Shown piece by piece: positions 17,539 to 23,730 of a stretch of DNA of 23,730 bases (its first letter is position 1; every line of letters begins with the position of its first letter). A program made the position numbers and the translations under genes. The stretch is from Bdellovibrionia bacterium (GTDB lineage: Bacteria; Bdellovibrionota; UBA1018). The DNA lies in NCBI GenBank assembly GCA_049424145.1, contig JBMSSC010000033.1:1-23730 (forward strand), written 5' to 3'. The notes under the pieces were generated by a model. It was not told the origin of the DNA and did no database searches. It saw nothing but the letters and a program-made list of their open reading frames with translations.

Positions 17539-17554
17539 TGGCACAACACTGGCA
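17539..17554 (+). promoter_or_regulatory. Putative sigma54 (-24/-12) promoter of ssb
   Basis: TGGCACAACACTGGCA: perfect TGGCAC box and exact GG-N10-GC spacing, ending 29 nt before the ssb ATG; the -12 box is TGGCA rather than TTGCA. Confidence 0.5.
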
Positions 17555-17583
17555 GTTCTCCCCTGTCAAAAGAGGGCTTCAGT

Positions 17584-18018
17584 ATGAAAGATGTCAATAA
17601 GGTAATCTTAGTGGGACGACTCGGTGGAGATCCCATTCAACGGCAGACCAAAAACGGATATCCCGTCACCCATTTTTCCCTGGCTACTTCACGGAAAATC
17701 CCCCGAACCGGAGACTCAGACCCAAGCAACCTTGAGGCGCTCCAAGCTCCCACACCTCCCTGCCTCTCTCAGGAAACCCAGTGGCACAAGATTGTGGTTT
17801 GGGGAAAACAAGCCCAAGCCTGCGCCCAGTTTCTGCGCAAGGGCCACTCAGTCTACGTGGAAGGCATGATTCGCAGCCACAGCTATGAAAACAAGGAAGG
17901 GAGCAAGCAAACGAGTTTTGAAATCCATTCAGAGACCGTCAGCTTCTTAAGCACTCCTCCTCTGCCTGAGAAAATGCCCGACGAGCGGAGAACTCCAGCC
18001 GAATCCGGGGTTCTCTAG
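17584..18018 (+). CDS. ssb: Single-stranded DNA-binding protein, short form lacking the acidic C-terminal tip
   Basis: VNKVILVGRLGGDP, FSLAT, TQWHKIVVWGKQA, LRKGHSVYVEG (OB fold); ends AESGVL rather than DDDIPF. Confidence 0.9.
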   Translation: MKDVNKVILVGRLGGDPIQRQTKNGYPVTHFSLATSRKIPRTGDSDPSNLEALQAPTPPCLSQETQWHKIVVWGKQAQACAQFLRKGHSVYVEGMIRSHSYENKEGSKQTSFEIHSETVSFLSTPPLPEKMPDERRTPAESGVL

Positions 18019-18758
18019 GACTTGCCGTTTAAGCCTGCCAGGGGAGTCTTCCCCTCCACTTGGAGGGGCGGTGTTGAGGGAGAATTCGGTGGCGACGACT
18101 GTTGGGATCCCAAGGAGAGCGCCTGTGCACCGTCCTGAGTCGGAGCCACCCCCTTCAGCTCGGACTGAGCCTGGGGCTTTTGCCCAGAATCGGCCGCAGC
18201 AGGGGCCGCTTTTAACAGAGACGACGCGTTGATGAGGAGAGCTGAATTCTGAACTGCCCCTGATTTCTCCGGCGCACTGATCACCGAAGCCGAGGCGTTT
18301 TCCCTAAGCGTCTTCTTCTGCTCCGACTCCAGTCTCACAAGGTCCCCGACCATGATGGCCTGAGGAGAAATGGAAACATGATCGTCGGGTGATAAAAAAG
18401 CCTCCAAGCGAGCAACGGACGTCTCGGACTCCACATGAACCACTCGAATCACGGCAATGGGAAAAGTGACCGCCCGATCCATTTGATCTTTGAAGAGATC
18501 AAACGTCGCCACGTGCCGAAACACTCGTAGTCGACTGCCTCGCCTCACCCCTTGAGACGTGCCCAGTGTCAGGTAGTAATCTTTCGCAGGCGGCTCTGCG
18601 GAGCCCCCAAGACCCAGGGCCTGAGACACGCTATACACATAAGGGATCTCATCGGCAGCCGCCTGAGGCAACCCCACTGCCAACATGCCGAGAACCACTC
18701 CCCAGCATTGGAATCCCCACTTCACCTGAAACGCTAAATTTTTGACGCCATTGAGCAA
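18015..18758 (-). CDS. Exported protein with FlgT C-terminal-like beta domain and disordered Ala/Pro/Ser/Gln tail
   Basis: TTG start with a purine-rich GAGGGG SD; signal peptide ending PQAAA; YLTLGTSQGVRRGSRLRVFR...IRVVHVESETSVAR...IMVGDLV pattern. Confidence 0.55.
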   Translation of the reverse strand: MLNGVKNLAFQVKWGFQCWGVVLGMLAVGLPQAAADEIPYVYSVSQALGLGGSAEPPAKDYYLTLGTSQGVRRGSRLRVFRHVATFDLFKDQMDRAVTFPIAVIRVVHVESETSVARLEAFLSPDDHVSISPQAIMVGDLVRLESEQKKTLRENASASVISAPEKSGAVQNSALLINASSLLKAAPAAADSGQKPQAQSELKGVAPTQDGAQALSLGSQQSSPPNSPSTPPLQVEGKTPLAGLNGKS

Positions 18759-18888
18759 GTGCCAATCCCCCTCTGATTTCCCTCTCTGACTCGCATCCCT
18801 GCGTCTTTCTCTGCTCTTGTCGGCAAAATTTTCTCAAAACGTGAGGCCCCCAGTGCCAACGGATCGTCCCCCGCCCCTGAAAATCCGA

Positions 18889-20691
18889 TTAATCGCTCCG
18901 TTCGTTTTCATATCGCACTTGGATCTCTCGCTGAACCTTGAGGTACTTATACGGGCTCAGCGTCCAGGAACTGCCGTGAGCATTGAAAAGCCACGGTTGA
19001 GCCAAGACCACGGGGCTTTGTTGCACCCCGTAAACCCAGGGAACCTCGTCTTGAATCAGGGCATCCATTTTTAAAATAAGACTTAATCGCTCAGCTTTTG
19101 ATTTGGAAAACGCCACTTGCTCCAGCCAAGCATCAAAACTGGGGTTCTGATAATGCGTAGCATCCAGAGGACTGGATAAGCGCTCCAGCAGGTTCAACCC
19201 CTCTGCACTCTCAGGCGACACTCGCAGTAAACTCAACTGGAGCTCTCCCCGCTCAGCTTTCTGCCTCTGCGTTTCGCTCGAGTTCAAGTTCAACTGACAT
19301 TGAATCCCGACTGCTTTGAACTGCCCCACTAAGAACTCCCCTAGCTTCCGATCCCAGGGATCCATCGACTCCAAATCGAGCTGAAACACGGGCAAGCCCT
19401 TTCCGTTGGGAAAACCCTCTTTTTTCAGCCACTGACGAGCAAGTTCGGGATTATAATCCCACCTCAGTCGCCCGGGTTGAACCTGCTGCAAGCCCATCCC
19501 CTCAGGAAGGATTGACTTCATCTTCTTGGCCACTCCTGAGGTGAATTTTTTAATCCAAAGCTCCCGATTCACAGACGCAGAAATGGCTTTTCTCACGCCG
19601 GGATGCGATCCCAGAACAGGATCTCTCATGTTCATCGCCAGAACCTGCATCACCGGAGCTCCCTGAAGCTCCAAATGAAGCCCCTTTTGAACAAAAGGAG
19701 GAGATAGATTACTTTTCTGAATCAGCACCTGGGAGAGTTCTTGAGCTGGAACCGCAAGCTCCTCAAGCTCCCCTTTTAAAAAACTCAGCCACCGGAGCGA
19801 GGAATCAGGCTCAATCTGAAACTCCAGGCGATCTAAAAAGGGAATACTCTTACCGGCATCCTCCATCAGTCCCAAAGTAAAGAACTGAGAGGCGCCCCGC
19901 GTAGGGTAGCGCTCTTTTCGGAACTGTGGGTTTCGGTCCAATCGGATCTTCTGATTTCTCACCCACTGCGAGACCCGAAACGCCCCTGTGCCGGACCAAG
20001 GTCGCAAGACACGCCCCTGAGCATCGGTGGCGCATTGGAGCAGCTCACTGGGGAGGGGAGCCAACCAGGGCTGAGTTAAGGCGTGGAGCAACTGGGGATC
20101 CTCTCGAAGTAAACGAATCTGCAGCACATGAGACCCCACAGCACTGACCCCTGAGAGCCCTTCGGCCAAACGCTTCGCCCACTCAACGTTTCCTCCTGAA
20201 GCCAAGTGTGCCTGAAACGCCTCAAACCCCATGAGCCTCTGACTCCAGAGCGTTCGAGAAGGGGAGTTCACCCAAGGCAGGGCAAGACGCTTAAAGCTGG
20301 TGACAAAATCCTGAGCCACGAGTTCGCGTGGAGAGTTGGATTTTTTCTTCCAACAGGGGTCGGGCTGAAAATAAATTCCTTTTTGAATCGGTATGGTCAC
20401 CGTCAGAGCGTCTGAGGAGTACTGGGGCATGCCGGCAGCTAACAGGGGCTCAATGCGATGATCGTCTTCCAAGTAGGCCGACTGATACAACGACTCATGG
20501 GTGGCTGAGAGGATCTGACGCGTGAACGGATCGGTTGCCAACAGAGGATCCCAAGACTGCACATCGTGGGCTGAAGCCGTGCGGTAGGTACTGATGCCCT
20601 CAGGCTTGGAGCCTCCCGATTGACACGCCGTGAGCAGCCAAAGACACCCCAACCCTAATCCACGCCACCCACCCATCCTGCCTCCCCTCAT
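18889..20691 (-). CDS. ABC transporter substrate-binding lipoprotein, family 5 (OppA/DppA-like)
   Basis: Lipobox LTA-C; SWDP, EPLLAAGMPQYSSDA, RELVAQDFVTSFKR, GTGAF, VRKAIS, YNPELARQWLKKEGF; GAGGGAG RBS, 18 nt after the alaS stop. Confidence 0.85.
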   Translation of the reverse strand: MRGGRMGGWRGLGLGCLWLLTACQSGGSKPEGISTYRTASAHDVQSWDPLLATDPFTRQILSATHESLYQSAYLEDDHRIEPLLAAGMPQYSSDALTVTIPIQKGIYFQPDPCWKKKSNSPRELVAQDFVTSFKRLALPWVNSPSRTLWSQRLMGFEAFQAHLASGGNVEWAKRLAEGLSGVSAVGSHVLQIRLLREDPQLLHALTQPWLAPLPSELLQCATDAQGRVLRPWSGTGAFRVSQWVRNQKIRLDRNPQFRKERYPTRGASQFFTLGLMEDAGKSIPFLDRLEFQIEPDSSLRWLSFLKGELEELAVPAQELSQVLIQKSNLSPPFVQKGLHLELQGAPVMQVLAMNMRDPVLGSHPGVRKAISASVNRELWIKKFTSGVAKKMKSILPEGMGLQQVQPGRLRWDYNPELARQWLKKEGFPNGKGLPVFQLDLESMDPWDRKLGEFLVGQFKAVGIQCQLNLNSSETQRQKAERGELQLSLLRVSPESAEGLNLLERLSSPLDATHYQNPSFDAWLEQVAFSKSKAERLSLILKMDALIQDEVPWVYGVQQSPVVLAQPWLFNAHGSSWTLSPYKYLKVQREIQVRYENERSD

Positions 20692-20709
20692 CCGCTCCCT
20701 CAGATGATC

Positions 20710-23445
20710 TTACCCTGAGCGCGATCCAGAGGCCCTCAGGTGGTTTTCAATCCACGCTTGCGCTTTTTTCAAAGCCTCGGGAATTCCAGCGGCCTTCACC
20801 CCTCCTGCCTGCGCAAAATCAGGTTTCCCCCCACCTTTGCCCTCAATCAACGGAGCAATGGTTTGGAGGATTTCATTTGAGTTCAGGCTCTGAGGCGCTT
20901 GTGGACCCGTGGTGACAATCAGAAACACTTTTCCACTCTCTGGATCTTTCATCCCCAAGGTCATCACCGAATTGGGATACTTCTGCTTCATTCGATCCGA
21001 AAGCTCTCTTAAGTGCTTGAGTCCCAACGCATTGGGCGCACACTCAGCCAGCACCAACTGCGTGCCCTGCTCCACGTGGGATCGACTGAGGATCTCTTGC
21101 ACCTCGCCACTTGCGTTTTTTGCCTGCAAGGTTTCAATCTGCTTCTTCAGCTCCTTTTCAGAGGCGTAAAGCTTATCAATCTTCCCTAAAATCTCAGCAC
21201 TCGAGGAGGCTTTCAGGCGATCGCGAATGGTTTTGACTTCCATCTCTTTGTTTCGCAAATAAGCAAAAGCAGGCCTCGAGGTGTAAGCCACAATGCGCCT
21301 CACCCCTGCTGCAATTCCACTCTCGCTGACGAGTTTAAATAAGTGCAACTCCCCTGCATGATTCACATGAGTGCCCCCACACAGTTCCGTGGAAAAATCC
21401 CCAACTCGAATCACACGGACCCGATCCCCGTACTTCTCCCCGAAAAATGCAATGGCTCCCGCTTCAATCGCCTCGTCTTTATTCATTTCCATCTTCTGCA
21501 CCGGATGGGAGGCCCAAATCTTCTCATTCACCAGGTCCTCCACCTGCTGAAGTTCCCCTTCGCTCATGGCCTGAAAATGAGAGAAGTCGAATCGAAGTAA
21601 ATCAGGTCCAACCAAGGACCCCGCTTGCTTCACGTGTTTTCCTAAAACTTCCCTTAATGCCCAATGAAGCATATGGGTTGCCGTGTGGTGACACGCCGTT
21701 AAGGCTCGAATCTCACGGTCGGTTTGCTGAGTGTATTTTTTTCCCACATGCAAGGTGCCGCTCTTGATCCTGAGGTGAGCCACAATCAATCCTGCAACTG
21801 GATTTTGAACATCAATCACTTCGGCTTCAAAATTCCCCTCTCCCAACACACGACCGCGATCCCCTAATTGACCGCCACTTTCTCCATAAAACGGAGTCTC
21901 AGCAAACACCGCTTCAATCAGCGATGAGCCCTCCGTGGAGTCTGCCGTCATGGCAAGAGCTGGAGCGTCATAAAATGAAACACTCTCTAAGCCCTGCTCA
22001 TGGGGAACTAAAATCGCAAGACAAGGCGAGTGACTCTCCAGCCTTTCATAGCCCACAAACTGAGGCAATCCGCCTTTTGATTTCAGCTGCTGCGCCAAGT
22101 GCAAGTAGACACTATTGATGCTCTGCTCACCAGAACCTTTCCAATGCTTGCGAGATTCGGATCGCTGACGATCCATGCATCGCTCAAAGCCCACCTCATC
22201 GACTCCAATGCCCTGCTCTGCGCAAATCACATGCGTGAGATCGAGGGGAAACCCATAGGTATCATAGAGCTTAAAGGCAACCTCTCCGCTCAGCGTTCTG
22301 GAGGTTCCCAGCTTTTGCACCTCTTCATCTAAAAGCGCCAACCCTCGCTCCACAGTCCTAAAAAACTGCTCTTCTTCAGCTTGCACGGCTTTTTCAATAA
22401 AAGCCCGCTTCTCCATTAAGTCCGGATAAGCGTCCTTCATCTCCTCCATCACAAACCCCACCGTCTGATAGAGGAACGGTTGATTAAAACCCAATTTCTT
22501 CCCATGGCGGATCGCCCGACGCATGATGCGCCTTAGGACATACCCCCGTCCTTCATTTGAAGGAAGCACGCCATCGCCCATTAAAAACGCCGTTGCCCGG
22601 GAGTGATCCGCAATAACCCGATAAGAAACGGCAGCCTCCGATTGAGGACTCAACGGTGAGCCCAGAAGCCCAGCCGTTTTTTGAATGATCGCCTGAAAAA
22701 GATCAGCATCGTAATTGGTGTCCACCTGCTGAAGAATGGCCGCTAAACGCTCTAAGCCTGCTCCGGTATCCACCGAAGGCTTGGGCAGTGGCGTCAGGGT
22801 TCCATCCGCTGCTCGATTAAACTGCATGAACACGAGGTTCCAAAACTCCATGTAGCGATCACAATCACAGCCCATGGCGCACGTGGATTTTTTACAGCCG
22901 TACTTTTCTCCCCGGTCAATGAACAACTCGCTACACGGACCACAGGGCCCCGTCTCACCCATCGACCAGAAATTATCTTTGTCCCCAAAGCGATAGATCC
23001 GATCCAGGGGCACTCCCTCTTGGTGATGCCAAATCTGAGCCGCTTCGTCGTCTTTTTCATAAACCGTGACATAGAGTCGGTCCTGGGGCAGCTTTAAAAC
23101 TTGAGTCACAAACTCCCAGGCATAGTGAATGGCTTCTTTTTTGAAATAATCCCCAAAAGAAAAGTTCCCCAGCATTTCAAAAAAAGTGTGATGCCGAGCG
23201 GTAAACCCCACGTTCTCCAAATCATTGTGCTTGCCGCCTGCTCGCACGCATTTTTGAGCACTGGCTGCCCTCGTGTAGGCTCGCTTTTCATGACCCAAAA
23301 ACACATCTTTGAATTGGTTCATCCCAGCGTTGGCGAACAAGAGAGTGGGATCATTTTGAGGCACCAATGAGGAACTCTCCACAATCGTGTGACCTTTTTG
23401 GGAAAAATACTCTAAAAAACGGGCTCTAATTTCAGCTGCTTTCAT
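20710..23445 (-). CDS. alaS: Alanine--tRNA ligase
   Basis: DPTLLFANAGMNQFK, HHTFFEMLGNFSFGDYFK, GPCGPCSE, DTGAGLER, editing HTATH and ELCGGTH, GGGK. ATG 23445 (MKAAEIR) with AGGA RBS preferred over TTG 23547. Confidence 0.98.
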   Translation of the reverse strand: MKAAEIRARFLEYFSQKGHTIVESSSLVPQNDPTLLFANAGMNQFKDVFLGHEKRAYTRAASAQKCVRAGGKHNDLENVGFTARHHTFFEMLGNFSFGDYFKKEAIHYAWEFVTQVLKLPQDRLYVTVYEKDDEAAQIWHHQEGVPLDRIYRFGDKDNFWSMGETGPCGPCSELFIDRGEKYGCKKSTCAMGCDCDRYMEFWNLVFMQFNRAADGTLTPLPKPSVDTGAGLERLAAILQQVDTNYDADLFQAIIQKTAGLLGSPLSPQSEAAVSYRVIADHSRATAFLMGDGVLPSNEGRGYVLRRIMRRAIRHGKKLGFNQPFLYQTVGFVMEEMKDAYPDLMEKRAFIEKAVQAEEEQFFRTVERGLALLDEEVQKLGTSRTLSGEVAFKLYDTYGFPLDLTHVICAEQGIGVDEVGFERCMDRQRSESRKHWKGSGEQSINSVYLHLAQQLKSKGGLPQFVGYERLESHSPCLAILVPHEQGLESVSFYDAPALAMTADSTEGSSLIEAVFAETPFYGESGGQLGDRGRVLGEGNFEAEVIDVQNPVAGLIVAHLRIKSGTLHVGKKYTQQTDREIRALTACHHTATHMLHWALREVLGKHVKQAGSLVGPDLLRFDFSHFQAMSEGELQQVEDLVNEKIWASHPVQKMEMNKDEAIEAGAIAFFGEKYGDRVRVIRVGDFSTELCGGTHVNHAGELHLFKLVSESGIAAGVRRIVAYTSRPAFAYLRNKEMEVKTIRDRLKASSSAEILGKIDKLYASEKELKKQIETLQAKNASGEVQEILSRSHVEQGTQLVLAECAPNALGLKHLRELSDRMKQKYPNSVMTLGMKDPESGKVFLIVTTGPQAPQSLNSNEILQTIAPLIEGKGGGKPDFAQAGGVKAAGIPEALKKAQAWIENHLRASGSRSG

Positions 23446-23730
23446 GTGAATTCCTGTCCTATCCAATTGACGACCCCACTTAAAGAGTCTCGGTCTCTTT
23501 TTTCCCTGCCCACTCATCCAAGCCAACTCGGGTTGAAGAAACGGCAAATCCTAGGCCGCAACAAAACCCCTGAAACCCCACCGATCTTTTGGCTCCCTCA
23601 AGCCGACCGGAGGTGGCTTAAGTTTTCTTCAGTCTTTTAAGAGGATTTCTTTTTAGCCTAAATTAGGGGTTTCTGATCTTAGGCTTCTTCTTTTAAAATG
23701 CTTTTCAGAATGTCACTTCATTCTGAGTTT

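Noticed and set aside
23446..23730. AlaS N-terminal extension, T-box leader or end of an upstream gene
   Set aside because: The conserved AlaS N-terminus begins at 23445; no T-box GGTGGTACC consensus is present; the distal part is AT-rich and stop-rich.

Overview
A gene-dense, roughly 50% GC bacterial chromosomal segment. I see no mobile element, CRISPR array, rRNA or tRNA. Housekeeping genes are lon, ilvA, an SDR, a PlsC-type acyltransferase, aroA, a pal-DUF4398-cpoB-tsaD-rsmA-FadL-like run, smpB, a tail-less ssb paralog, a FlgT-C-like exported protein, an orphan family-5 ABC substrate-binding lipoprotein and alaS. The gene order and many lipoproteins suggest a Bdellovibrionota/Oligoflexia-like Gram-negative organism (inference only). 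The most interesting element is a two-gene minus-strand module at 3403-6287. It encodes a thermolysin-like (M4/M36) zinc-protease lipoprotein with no propeptide of its own, followed 17 nt later by a separate membrane-anchored gene made only of an FTP+PepSY-like propeptide. This looks like a split zymogen with a trans-acting foldase or inhibitor. Other leads: (1) a stand-alone toxin/effector-like ORF at the left edge; (2) a terminator hairpin after pal that hides a perfect Shine-Dalgarno (SD) and a TTG, which reaches the DUF4398 lipoprotein frame only by a -1 slip on T TTT TTC; (3) a sigma32-like promoter before lon and a sigma54-like promoter before ssb; (4) a hairpin-rich 430-nt intergenic region before smpB. 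All family calls come from motif recognition by eye; no searches were run.
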